From the NCBI GenBank assembly GCA_951406725.2, contig OX597823.1, forward strand, positions 80,848,001-80,912,000: 64,000 nucleotides of DNA, in the 5' to 3' direction. Shown here piece after piece: positions 12,618 to 25,575 of the stretch. The notes below the pieces were generated by a model. The model saw nothing but the letters and a program-made list of their open reading frames with translations. It made no database searches and was not told where the DNA came from. Made by a program: the position numbers and the translations under genes. Origin of the DNA: Octopus vulgaris (Eukaryota). Each line of letters starts with the position of its first letter. Position 1 is the first letter of the stretch.

Positions 12618-13780
12618 TCACCTGGATCAGCTAGATTGTCTGGTGCCATGTCAGCTCCACTGGCCACAATATTCGCTCCGTTCTCTTTGTGTTCTCAGCA
12701 GTCTCCTCCAAGTTGCTCCAAACATTTTTCTTAAGTCATCTTCCTACCTGATTGGAGGTCTTCTGAATGGTCTCTTCCACTCACGCAGTTACCACTTGGC
12801 AACTGCACGAGTCCACTGATCGTCTGTGAACATTGTGACATGATTGGCCCATCGTAGCTTTGCATGGTGGTATTCTGTGACGTCCTTCATTCCAGTTCTA
12901 TTCATGATCTCCTTGTTCCAGATGTGACCTTTAAGTGAGATTCTCTGCTGTGACCTTTCCATGGCTCTCTGCACCATAAGCAGATGTTGTTCTCTCTTCA
13001 TCAAGGTCCAAGTCTCACATGCATATAGCATTGTAGGCAAGAGTGTGCTGTTGAAGATATTGGCATGAATTGCCTTGTCAAAGTTTGCCTTCAGCACATC
13101 CTTCACCGAGGTGCTCACTCTTCATCCTACTCTTACCCTTCATGAGATCTCATTCTCCGTCTCTCACCTCATAGTTACTTCTTGACCAAGATACACAGTT
13201 TTTCACCTCTTATATTTCATCACCTCCGGCTGCGAGGTGACCGACCAGTATCCTCTCAGACCATGTGTACTTGGTTTTCATACAGCTGATCTTCAGGCCA
13301 ATCACCAAACCCCTGAAATCCAGTTCATCCAGTATGGTCTGTAGCTGATCAGTGCTCTCTGCTATCAGCTCTATGTTGTCAGTGAGTCTTAGATGGATGA
13401 GCAGCTCTCCATTTATCCTTATGCTTCCATTCCAGTTCATGTCTCATATGACTATCTCAATACATGTCATGAAGAGCTTAGGAGAGATGGTGTCTCTACC
13501 AGAACATTCACTGGTGAGGATAACAGGGCCACATTCATTGTGCACCCAGTATTCACCTTCCTAGGGAGGGTGATGTACTGCATGATGTATACCTTGTTTC
13601 CTGAGAGCTCGCAGTACTGCACTGATTTCAACTCTGTTGAAGGCTTTCTCATAATCAACAAGCTCAATGCACAGAGGCAACCAGTACACACTTGCTTGTT
13701 CCAGAAACTGCGTTAGAGTGAATATATGATCTATAGTGCTGTATTGCTTTCTGAAACCTTACCTGTTCTCTTACAAGCTG
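12618..13780 (-). mobile_element. RTE-type LINE reverse transcriptase remnant
   Basis: FRKQYSTIDHIFTL, IRINGELLIHLRLTDNI, MLYACETWTL, RWANHV..WTRAVAKW, with frameshifts. Confidence 0.85.
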
Positions 13781-13953
13781 TTCATGAAGATAATTGCTGA
13801 GCAGTTATCGTAACATCAGGATGAGCAGCAGCCAAGGAATATATATATATATATATACAAAATGGCACTCTGTTGCTTACGATGATGAGGATCTGATCAA
13901 TAGAACAGTCTGTTCGTAAAATTAATGTGAAAGTGGCTGAGTAGTCCACAGAC

Positions 13954-13994
<41 letters not shown>

Positions 13995-15124
13995 CATCAC
14001 AACTGTCCAACAAATGGGAATGTGAAACTGAGTAACAGTTTTGTGATAATTTTGCAGCTTTAATAAAAATTGTGTGTGTATGTATATATATATATATCTA
14101 TATGTATGTGTATATATCTGTGTGTGTATTTATGTATACATATATGTATATATATATGTGTGTGTGTGTCGGTGTGTGTGTGTCGGTGTGTGTGTGTACA
14201 TAAACGAGGGGGTACCCAAAAGAATCCGGAATTTTGCAATATTATTTTATTCACTCAGTTTTACTTGTTAACTTTTTTATCACCTTCAAAGTATTCTCGA
14301 TTTGAAACAATGCATCTGTCCAGATGCATTTTCCATTGTTCAAAGCATTAAAACCACTCATAAACTTGTGTTTTGCTCATGACAGTGTCCTTGTAAACTG
14401 TGGTGTTCTCTATAAGGCTGGCAGGGTGAGTTAAGTTCTTTAACCCTCGGCGACGGAGTAATGAGTCATTGATGAAGATTAAATCAAATCTGAAATCAGC
14501 TCTGATATGACTCATCAGTGGGAGCTTGTCTCCCTTGTCAGTCATTAGAAAAGAGCTCTCACATGGCAAGCAAACTTCTTACTACACTGCCACACCTTCA
14601 AGAGATTTAAATGACTGTAAGAAAAATTCTAATTGTTGCCCAATAAATTGATTTCTCTATGCAATTTATTCATGAGATATCTTTTCCGGTTTAACATTGT
14701 GTAATATAAAAAACATGTCTAGATAATCAACATTTTTTTTAGTTTCAGCTTAAAGCACAATAAACATTGACTTTAAACCTAAAGCTGGACAGGTAAGAAA
14801 TGCAATTGTTAAGTTATGCAAAAAAACAACAACTTGTTATGACGTGTAGAAGTAAACTAAACTATAAATTGGTGATAATTAGGTAACTTGATTAGATTTT
14901 ACTGTACTTTGGTTGATCTGGAATATTCTATTAAATGTCATCTTATATCATAATTTGTGACTTGTAGAGTCATTGGTTGCAAGTTTTCAATAGGCTAATT
15001 AATTGTAGGTATTAATTATAGGCATTGATTATCTAGCAGTGAGAGTGACAAGAGGTGTGTCTGTATCTTAGTGCAAAGGTGTCTTTTCAAAGAGCACAGA
15101 TTACATCCTTTGCCACTCTACATA

Positions 15125-15352
15125 AATGCAAGACACACATATGCATACACACATGAACACACACATGCACGCACACACACACATGAACACGTACATATGC
15201 AAGCACACATACACATGTGAACACATACTCACACACACACTCATACATACACACACACATGAACACATACACATAAATGAACACACACATGCATGCACAT
15301 ACACACATGAACACAAAGACACATACACACACATGAATACACATACACACAC
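15125..15352 (+). repeat. Degenerate (CA)n/(CACAT) microsatellite
   Basis: Direct reading; many further (TA)n, (CA)n, (TTA)n, (GAT)n and (GATA)n tracts across the window. Confidence 0.9.
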
Positions 15353-16811
15353 TTATATAAATCTGGCATTCCAATTGATCTAATCAACAGAGTAGCCTGC
15401 TCATAAAATCAAAGTACATGTGGCTGAGCACTCCATGGACACATGTACCCTTAATGTAATTCTCAGTGAGATTCAACATAACACAGAATCTTTTCTACTC
15501 TAAGCACAAGTCCAGAAATATTGGGGGAGCAGGGCCAGTTGATTAGATCAACCCCAGTATGCAACTGGTACTGAAATTATTGACCCTGAGAGGATAAAAG
15601 GCAAAGTTGACCTCAGCAGAATTTGAACTGAGAATGTAAAGATTGACAAAATATCGCTTTGCATTTTGCCTGGCATGCTAACATTTCTGCCAGCTTTCTA
15701 CCTTTCAGTGTGACACAGAATGTGACAAGGCTGGCCCTTTGCATTACTGGTACAACTTACTTTCACTTTCATCAACTGAGTGGATTGGAGCAATGAGAAA
15801 TGAAGTGTCTTGCTCAAGAACACAACATGCTGCCAGGAATGAAACTCATGACCTTCTGACTGTGAGATGAATAGTCAAATCACTGAACCATGCACTTTCA
15901 CTATGTATTAAAGAAGACATACATTCTAATACTGTTTACATACTCAATAATAACAAGAGCACAAACCTCTGCCAAGGCAACACCAATGTCCACTCAACGA
16001 TTAGCCAGAGAAGATTTTTAAAATGAGAATATCAGAAACAAACTTGACTGCTCTCACAAATGAGAATACTAAACATGAACCCGACCGCTCTAAAAAATTT
16101 AGTAAAAACACAGGGAAAATAATCCAGAATATTTGTCCAGTACCTGATTGATCCCAAAATCTAATCAGTTTGTGCCAGTCACAAGACCAGACATCCCTGA
16201 AAGTTTCATCTGAATCCATGCAGCCGTTCTTGAGATATCTTGTCCACAGACAAACAAACAAACATGACTGGAAACAATACCTTTGCCTTCGCTAAGGCAA
16301 GGTAATAATTAATAACCCTTTCTACTATAGGCACAAGGCCTGAAATTTGCAGGGATGGGTTAAGTCGATTACATCGACTCCAATACTCAACTGGTACTTA
16401 ATTTATTGACCCCTAAAGGATGAAAGGCAAAGTCGACCTCAGTGGAATTTGAACTCAGAATGTAGTGATGGGTGAAATGTTGCTAAGTGTTCCATCCAGT
16501 GTGCTAACAATTTAGTAATAATAATAATAATGAACTTATTGAGTACAGTGCCCTGGTGTACCATACCTTATCAGAAAAGGTAGCCAAAAGTGCATGTGCA
16601 GTACACAATAATGGGAAAAAAAGATAAGAAAGTGAACAGTGAATGAGTCATGAAACAAAAACACTAAAAACGGAACATCAAATATACTGCTGGAGAATTT
16701 CAGGAAGTATGGAAGTTTTGAAGGATGTAGTTTCCTGATAGCTAACACCTGGTGTTTATTCCATGCTTCAGTTTATTCCATCCTTCAGCAGTGGGACAGT
16801 ACTGTTGTTAC

Positions 16812-17209
16812 CAGAATCAGATTAAGACCCATAGAGGCCTTAAGCATTTAAAAGATTTCTGTGCCTCCATAAATATGTAATTCCAAAACATAAGCAATGA
16901 TAAGCCATAAAATATATTTTCATTTTTCAAAATGAAATAAAAAATAATTGTAAGATGGAAATTAATATTTATTTTTGTATATTTCCACTCTATTTATATT
17001 AAAAAAATTTTTTTCCTACTTTTTTTAATTGTAAAGTCTTTGATTAAATCCTCAAAATTATCTTACATAAGACATCTGCTTCTATACTGATTAGACATAG
17101 GACATCTTGAATAATATTTTAGCAAGTTCAAAGTGATTTCTGTGGTGCCACCTCTTCCTTTGATGCCCTAAGCGTGTGCTTATTTTACATAATTGTTAAT
17201 CCAGGGCTG
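16812..17209. mobile_element. hAT-type MITE
   Basis: CAG...CTG imperfect TIRs and exact 8-bp TSD GTTGTTAC (16804-16811, 17210-17217). Confidence 0.7.
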
Positions 17210-18325
17210 GTTGTTACACATAAAGTTCCAAAAACTATTTAATTTATGATGGAATTGAAGTGTACGCTACAAATTCACTGTCAAATATTCACACTAATAC
17301 ACTTCAGCAACTCACTCACTGACACAACCTCATTCTCTGCCTCTTCTACTTTTTTTTTTTTTTTTTACATGAACCTCAAATCTGAACTAGTTATTTACAT
17401 ATCCAGTCATGCAAGTTTTCCAGCGCATCCATCAATCTTCCTGCTATACCTTACTGTGAGTCAACTCGTAGATATTGCTGAGAATTATAAGGTGAAGTGT
17501 ATGTCAAGAAGGAGGAGAGGATGGAGATCTATAATGTAGATAACACCCCCAAAGTTTCTAAGAAGACAACCTGTTGTAAGCACAGATCAGATCTAAAGAT
17601 GGAGCAAGGTTCCAGTAACAAACACGAAGATGATATGAGACTGAGATGGTACAGTTGATAGGAGCCCAAAAGGTAAGAGATAGGCTTTGAAAGTATGGAA
17701 AAAAGGGAGGACAGCAAGGAAGACAGCAAGGAGTTAAAGGGTAGGAGAGAATATATATAAGAAGTGAAGCAAATGCACACAAGATTATATTTTCTGCTCC
17801 ACTGTGGATTTGATATATCAGACCTGAAGGAAGGAAGAATGTTTGATTATTTTTTCAGTTGATTGTAAGAAAGAGAATATAAGAGCCTAGACATCTGAGA
17901 GAGATGTGGTGAGTGATATCTTGAAGGATGGCTGTCTCATCACTTTGCCATATTTTTTTTACCACCATTGTAGTGGTCATTACCACAAGGTTCTGTCTTC
18001 ATTGTGGTGCAGTGGTCTGTGTACCTCAGACTAGGACAGTAGTGTACAAGCTCCTGGCAGGGCTTCCCATGATGGATAAGTCAAAGGATGGAGACCAGAT
18101 ATATGGACTAATATTATCCTTAAGCAAACCTAGAAGTTTGCTTAGGGACAACACCTCTGCCTAGGGCAAAAACTCCCCCAAAAAACACAAAGTTACAGAA
18201 GCATCCTGCAACCAAACCATTAAAAAACCCTGATTTGAAGTAAAACGGGATTTAAAGAAAGGAAGTTGTCTTACTTTACAACGATAGGATGTGGGTTACT
18301 TTGATTAGGTAGAGATCACAGGTTC

Positions 18326-18555
18326 TTAACCTTTTAGCATTTAAACCGATTATATCTGGCCCAAAATTTTCTAACTGTTTCATGCTCAAACTGGCCAGAT
18401 CTGGCCTCTCATACCTACCCTGTAATGTCATTCTAAAAAATATACAGTCATATCGTTGAGATCTTGAAGTTACAAGATAATGGATAATTAATTCAAAACA
18501 ATTTGATTTAATAAGCATTACATTTGACAGAGTAATCTGAATGCTAAAGGGTTAA
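18326..18555. mobile_element. piggyBac-like MITE (TTAA-flanked)
   Basis: ttaacc(c)tttagc...gctaaagggttaa. Relatives at about 5051-5272, 31834-32061, 32327-32548, 40885-41075. Confidence 0.7.
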
Positions 18556-19399
18556 ATTAATAAGTTGTTAAGACTAAGGTGGCAAGCTGGCAAAAACATA
18601 AGCATGTCAGGTAAAATGCTTAGCAGCATTTCGTCTGTCTGTACATTCTGAGTTCAAATTCCACCAAGGTCGATTTTGCTTTTTATGCTTTCAAGGTCAA
18701 GAAAGTAAGTACCAATTGAGCATTGAAATTGGAATAATTAACCTGAACTTGTTGGCCTTACAATTTGAAACTAGTATATTGTTAAGGTGATGTTATTGAT
18801 TTATGACTGTGTTTCATTAGCGTATTGTTTAATATTGCAACTACAGTTATTAGCAGAATAATCAAATAAAGTGAAAAATTGATGTATAAGAAATTAAACT
18901 GTAGTTTATTAAATCTTTTCAATCTAACTGCTGATTTAATTAAATATAATGAAATTAAATTTTTAAAAAAACACATCCAACAGCAATACTGTAAAGTTAT
19001 ACAAGCATTTTGTATGACAGGTTTGATACATCATCATCATCATCATCATCAACATTTAATGTCTGTTTTCCATGCTAGTATGGGTTGGACGGTTTGACAG
19101 GAGCTGGCCAGTTTGAAGGGCTGCCCTGGCTCTATGTCTGTTTTAGCATAGTTTCTACAGCTGGATGTCCTTCCTATCACCATCTACTTTACAGAGTGTA
19201 CTGGGTGCTTTTATGCAGCACCAACACAGGTGCGTTTACGTGGCACCGGTAAAGGTGTTTTTTATGTGGCACCAGCACCCATGAGCTCACAAGGTTAGGA
19301 ATGCTCAGCCGGAGAGGGATGCAGGGAATAGCTTGTATGCAAGGACAACCCTGATTTTACTTAGGATGATATGTCATTTCAAGAAAAGCAAACTGCCAG

Positions 19400-19950
19400 A
19401 AGCCTTGGTCCCCTCTCATCCCCTCTTTGAATCCCAGCATTCGTAGATCCTTTCTCACCACTTCATCCTGTCTTCTAGGGTTTACCCCTTCCACATGTTC
19501 CCTCTACAATTTAAGATCAGCACCCTTTGATGCAGCTGTCTTCATTCATATGCATTACATGGCGACACCAGCACAGCCTTCTCTCTTGCATGCTACATCT
19601 GATGTTTTGTCTACCCAGTCTACTCTCGAGACACTGTCATATATGCACACAGACATTATCCATCCATCAAAGCATTCTGGTTTCATTTCTTTCAAGCGTT
19701 CACATATCCTCAGTAGTCACAACCCATGTCTCACTGCCATGTAGCATAGCTGTTCGTACACAGGCATCATACAATCTGCCCTTCACTCTCAGGGAGAGGC
19801 CCTTTGATACTAACAGATATTGTAGCTCTAAACTTTGCTCAGCCTATTCTTATTCTAGCAGCTAAGCTTTCAGAACAACCCTCCCCTCTACTAACTTGGT
19901 CACCTAAGTAACAGAAACCATCTACTAATTATAAAGATCCTCCCTCACAT
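19400..19950 (-). mobile_element. RTE LINE 3' RT fragment
   Basis: FCYLGDQV...GLSLRVKGRLYDACVRTAMLHGSETW on the minus strand; same family on + at about 39505-39760 and 41565-41965. Confidence 0.75.
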
Positions 19951-20803
19951 TTATGGTTTTTTATATAATTAATACTGGTTTCTAATTTTGGCACAAGGTC
20001 AGCAATTTTGGGGATAGGGTTAAGTTGATTACATTGATCCCAGTGCTTAACTGGTAATTATGGACCCCAAAAAGATGAAATGCAAAAATCGACCTCAATG
20101 GAATTTGAACTCAAAATATAAGGTTGGATGAAATGCCACTAAGCATTTTACCTGTTGCACTAACGAATCAGCTAGTTTGCTGCTTTAATCTTATATTATG
20201 AATATTATTTGGTTTTCTATAATCTTTAATCTGGAATAATTATTGCGTAACTTTGTAATAATTTATTTCATAATTTCCTGTCTTTTATTGTTTAATTAAG
20301 TAAGCAAACATTTTACTAATGCCTTCGTTAAAAATTTCCTTTATTTTCTCCTATCATTATTATTACTCATGTTTGGCAATCAATTATTTGTTTTGTGCAT
20401 GTATTGTAGGCAGTGGATCATCTACGTGGTCACTTGTCTCACTAGAAATATCAGCTAAATCTCTCTTATCAAATCAAACACTCTTGTCTTAGTAAAGAAC
20501 GCATTGGATAATAAGATTCTGAATTCACTATGTCTACAAAAAAGGGAGGTTGGTCATGGATAGATACTCCATTCAGACCAAAAGTTCGCATGATATTATG
20601 CATTTAGTTCCTGTCAGAATATTGATTAAGAAAGTAATTCAATTACAATAAAACATTTTGATGATGGTGAAGTCGCTTGACATAAGCCAAATGAAGTATT
20701 TGCATTTCCTAAAAACCCGCCTTCTTAGGAAAGAACGCCTATTTGACATTTTTTATACACAGAAGCTAAAGAACATTCCAAGATTCCTTGGGAGATCAGC
20801 CTC

Positions 20804-20839
20804 TATATAATAAAACTGGCAATGCTCATTACTCTCAGT
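20804..20839 (+). promoter_or_regulatory. Core promoter: TATA box plus initiator
   Basis: TATATAA at 20804-20810 and TCAGT (Inr-like) at 20835-20839, about 31-33 nt apart and about 80 nt upstream of GCC-ATG at 20919, in non-repetitive sequence. Confidence 0.6.
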
Positions 20840-20918
20840 AAGTCTGCTTGACCGGAACTTCATTTAGCACATTTGTTTAAAATATAGTCAGTTGTCATCT
20901 TTTTGAGAAGCAGCTGCC

Positions 20919-21007
20919 ATGCTGGGGGCAGACTTGCCCTTTCGACTGGTCTTTATTGCCAGTGTGATTTACACAGCAGAAATTACCATTGCAAATGGCA
21001 TACAAAG
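20919..21007 (+). CDS. Exon 1, signal peptide MLGADLPFRLVFIASVIYTAEITIANGIQ
   Basis: gccATG context, hydrophobic core, donor AG|GTAAGG; phase 2 matches exon 2. Confidence 0.75.
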
Positions 21008-23225
21008 GTAAGGCAATGTATTTATAATATATCTATACATATTTAATCACGGATGTTTAACAAATTTATACACAGGAAAAAATATATACATAAAATATTA
21101 TTTAAGATTGTCAAAGCAACGGATTAGAATTTTGATGAATTTTAACTATTTGCTGCAAAATCCCACTTACGATATAATTGCTCTGATCCAACATCAATCT
21201 ATATCATTTTGTTTTATATTATTTACTAAAATATTAAGCATCTTAAAATTCATACATCTTTTTACTAGTGGATCCTGACAAATTCGAAAGGACTTCTTAC
21301 ACAGAAATATGTCTCCACAAAGGGTGCTGGCATGGCCGTGTGGTAAGAAGTTTGCTTCCCAATCTCATGTTTTCGGGTTCAGTCCCACTGTGTGGTACTT
21401 GACCAAGTGTCTTCTACTATAGCTTCAGGCTGACCAAAGCCGTGTGAGTGGATTTGGCAGACAGAAATTGAAAGAAGCCTAGTGTATATATATATATATA
21501 TATACACACATGTATATATGTATGTATTTCTGTGTTTGTCCCCGCACCATCACTTGACAACTGATGTTAGTGTGTTTACGTTCCCGTACTGATAGAATAA
21601 GTACTAGGGGTTGAATTTTTTTAACTAAAGGTGGTGCTCCAGCATGGCCACAGTCAAATGACTGAAACAAGTAAAAGAATAGTAATACGTAAAGGTTAGA
21701 TCCAAGGATCAAGGTGTAGGAAGTAAGCTTTGAGCAGTCCATATAAGGTATGAAAAAATAACTCTCAGGAACAATAGTGGTTTATTGATGTAGAAGGTTA
21801 CTCTTTTACATTTTTACTTGTTTCAGTCATTTGACTGTGGCCATGCTGGAGCATCGCCTTTAGTCAAACAAATCAACTCCAGGACTTATTCTTTGTAAAC
21901 CTAGTACTTATTCTATCGGTCTCTTTTGCCGAACCGCTAAGTTACGGGGACGTAAACACACCAGCATCGGTTGTCAAGCGATGCTGGGGGGACAAACACT
22001 GACACACAAACATATACACACACGCACATATATATAAGAGAATTTCAAACCATCATTCAACATTCAGGGATAGTAAAAAATGACATAGTACAGGGCTAAG
22101 TAAATTAGTTTGGCGTCTTAAAGACAACAATATAAATTTCAAGTCTGTATCCTTTCCTTTTGATAAGGGTAGGAGATTTTGTAACATTTACAACTCTGAA
22201 CTCTTCCATATTCTCTTCTCTAAGGTTCCCCTTGTAAACACACTCATAGAAAAATCATACAAATGTAAACACTGGCAGAAACATACTTTTTACTCATGTA
22301 AATGATAACGATAGTCACTGTGGTTTGAACAATTAGCTTAACATGCACTCCACTTCAATAGCGAAATTCTTTCCTAAGCCTTCGAACATTCTTTCAATCA
22401 ACGTACCCTTCCCTCTCCACTTGTTCCCTACCTATTTTTCCTTTAACCCTTCTCTTCCTACTATCTATCTTTGACGTCAATTCTGCTAACGATTTTTTTA
22501 AAAACACTCATTATCGTTTTGTTTACCATGTAGGCAGTCATCGAAATTTTTGTTTGTCTTGTTGTCGAGAGAGGCTCCCTTTCTTTCCTGATGAGAAGAT
22601 TGCATAATGCACCCTTTATTCCTTTGGAATGAAACTATGTTGTCTTCGAAACATATGTCGAGAGTAAAGGAATTTTGTTAGCATCTTCGTTCGACTCCAT
22701 TCTTTCATTTATTCATATACAACACACAAATTTCTGCACATGAACCTGGAGTTTCTACCCTTGGACAGGTCGCTTCAACCGTATTTCTGACGTGAAACCC
22801 TGGTTTCGGTTCAACGAATTTTCCATGCTGACGATAAACATAGGATACTTCATTCACCTATTTATATATATATCTTTATCTTTTATTAAACTTTTAATAC
22901 TTTTGATAGTTATATTTTTAAAAAATAAATTAATTAATTAATAAATAAAATAATATATAAATATAAAAATATACATACATATATATATATATATTTGTAT
23001 ATATATATTTAAAATTTATAAGTTTAAATTATCTAAATAATTTTTTAATTTTTAACTTTTATATTTTTAAATTAATTTTATGCATTGTCTTATGTTTTTC
23101 ACTGTTTCATTTGCCTAATAGTGGTTTTATCTCTAATTTGATATAATATAATATAATGTATTTATACTATAAAATTGGATTTAATCCTAAATCTAGTTTT
23201 TTCCTGTAAGTTTGGATTTATTCGC

Positions 23226-23277
<52 letters not shown>

Positions 23278-25517
23278 ACGGGCTTCTTTCAGTTTCCATC
23301 TACCAAATCCACTCACAAAGCTTTGGTCAGTCCGAGGCTACAGTAGAAGACCCAAGGTGCCATGCAGTGGGACTGAACCAGGAACCGTGTGGTTGGTGAG
23401 CAAGCTACTTACCACACAGCCACTCCTTTTTCCCATATCAAAGTTCAATAAGCTGAAAAAAAGTCATTTTATAGTTCATGATTAGCAGCTGGGGCTGCTA
23501 TGTATATGAATAAAAATCCAAATTTAGGGGACAGAGTAGATAAGCTCCTTCCGTAGCTAGCAGAACCTAGCCAGCTTCAATAATACCAAACTTCTTCCCT
23601 CTACTCATCTCCCTTTCTGTTTCTTTATTTGTATTCTTATTCTTTTTCTTAACAACTTTAGACATTTTCTCACTCTCATATATTATTTCTTCTCAGATAT
23701 GTTTTCCCTTTTGTTCTCTCTGTACTTTCCCCTCATTTTTTATCAATTCTCCTACAAGATTACATGGGTTCCCTTAACATCAATGTAACTTTCATTTGAC
23801 TAAGGTATCTTTGGCCTGAAGAATAGCTAATGGATTACCTCTTGTTTGGGTAATTACCATTTCCAAGGTTCTGCTGTCTGTGAAACAAAACATATGCAGC
23901 CTCTAAATTTGGATTATATATATATATAGATGCAGGAGTGGCTGTGTGGTAAGTAGCTTGCTTACCAACCACATGGTTCTGTGTTCAGTCCCACTGCGTG
24001 GCACCTTGGGCAAGTGTTTCCTACTATAGCCTCAGGCTGACCAAAGCCTTGTGACTGGATTTGGTGCATGAAAACTGAAAGAAGCTCGTCGTATGTGTGT
24101 GTATGTTTGTGTGTCTGTTTGCTTGACAACTGATGTTGGTGTATTCATGTCCCCGTAACTAAGTGGTTCAGTGAAAGCGAATGATAGAATAAGTTCTAGG
24201 CTTACAAAGAATAAGTTCTGGGGTCAATTTGTTTGACTAAAGGCACTGCTCCAGTATGGCCGCAGTCAAATGACTGAAAGAAATAAAAGAATTAAAGAAT
24301 ATACATATATGAGAGGGTGCTGAAAAGTTCTTGGCTTTGGGTAAAAGAGAATACAGGAGGATCATTTAATTATGATTTTATTCAGCATATTCCCCTCTCA
24401 GATTCACACACTACAGTGGCCCTTCAGTTTTTCTAAGCCCTGTAAAAGAACTCAGAAGTTTGGGCCTCTAACCTAGCCTTTCAAAATTCTCTTAAAGCAA
24501 GGAACTTTTCAGCACCCACTCATACACACACACACACACACACACACTTGAAAAGGGGTTAAGGATCCGTACAAACCAAAGGTTATAGATACAAAGTAAA
24601 AGTGGATACAGTATGGAAGCACTCTTTACTTGCCTCAGTCATTTGACTACGGCCATGCTGGAGCACCACCTTTAGTCGAGCAAATCGACCCCGGGACTTA
24701 TTCTTTGTAAGCCTTAGTACTTATTCTATCGGTCTCTTTTGACGAACCGCTAAGTGATGGCGACGTAAACACAGCAGCATCGGTTGTCAAGCAATGCTAG
24801 GGGGACAAACACAGACACACAAACACACACACACACATATATATACACATATATACGACAGGCTTCTTTCAGTTTCCGTCTACCAAATCCACTCACAAGG
24901 CATTGGTCGGCCCGGGGCTATAGCAGAAGACACTTGCCCAAGATGCCACGCAGTGGGACTGAACTCGGAACCATGTGGTTGGTTAGCAAGCTACTTACCA
25001 CACAGCCACTCCTGCACGTTTAAAGATTTAAAAAGATTTTCCTTCTTTTAATCGGACATGAGAAGTATTCTTATATTTGTTGAATTAAGTGACTCCCATA
25101 AAATATTACCAGTTTTGATGCGTATGTCCATCTTATGAAATATAAAAAAATTCAAAGACAAGGATTAGGAGATGAAATTAGGAAATAAGAAAAAAAATTG
25201 GCTGTTAAAACAATTTGTTCTTATAGTCTGTGTGTAGTTAAGAGCACGTTTTAAGAGCATGTCATCGTCATCATCATCATCCTTTGCTGTCCATTTTCCA
25301 TACTGACATGAATTGGTTAGTTTGTTTAGAGCTGGCAGTTGGAGAGCTGCACTAGGTTCCAGTCTGATTTGGCTTGGTTTCTACAGCTGGATGCTTTTCC
25401 TAACATCAACCACTTTACAGTGAGTGCTGGGTGGTTTTAATGTAGCACTGGTATGGGCACTTTTACGGGGTGCCAACACAAGTGCTTTTTCTATCTATGC
25501 CTCAATCTATTTACCTA

Positions 25518-25575
<58 letters not shown>

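Noticed and set aside
13755-13770. Minus-strand CAG|GTAAGG donor
   Set aside because: Lies within the LINE RT remnant; chance match
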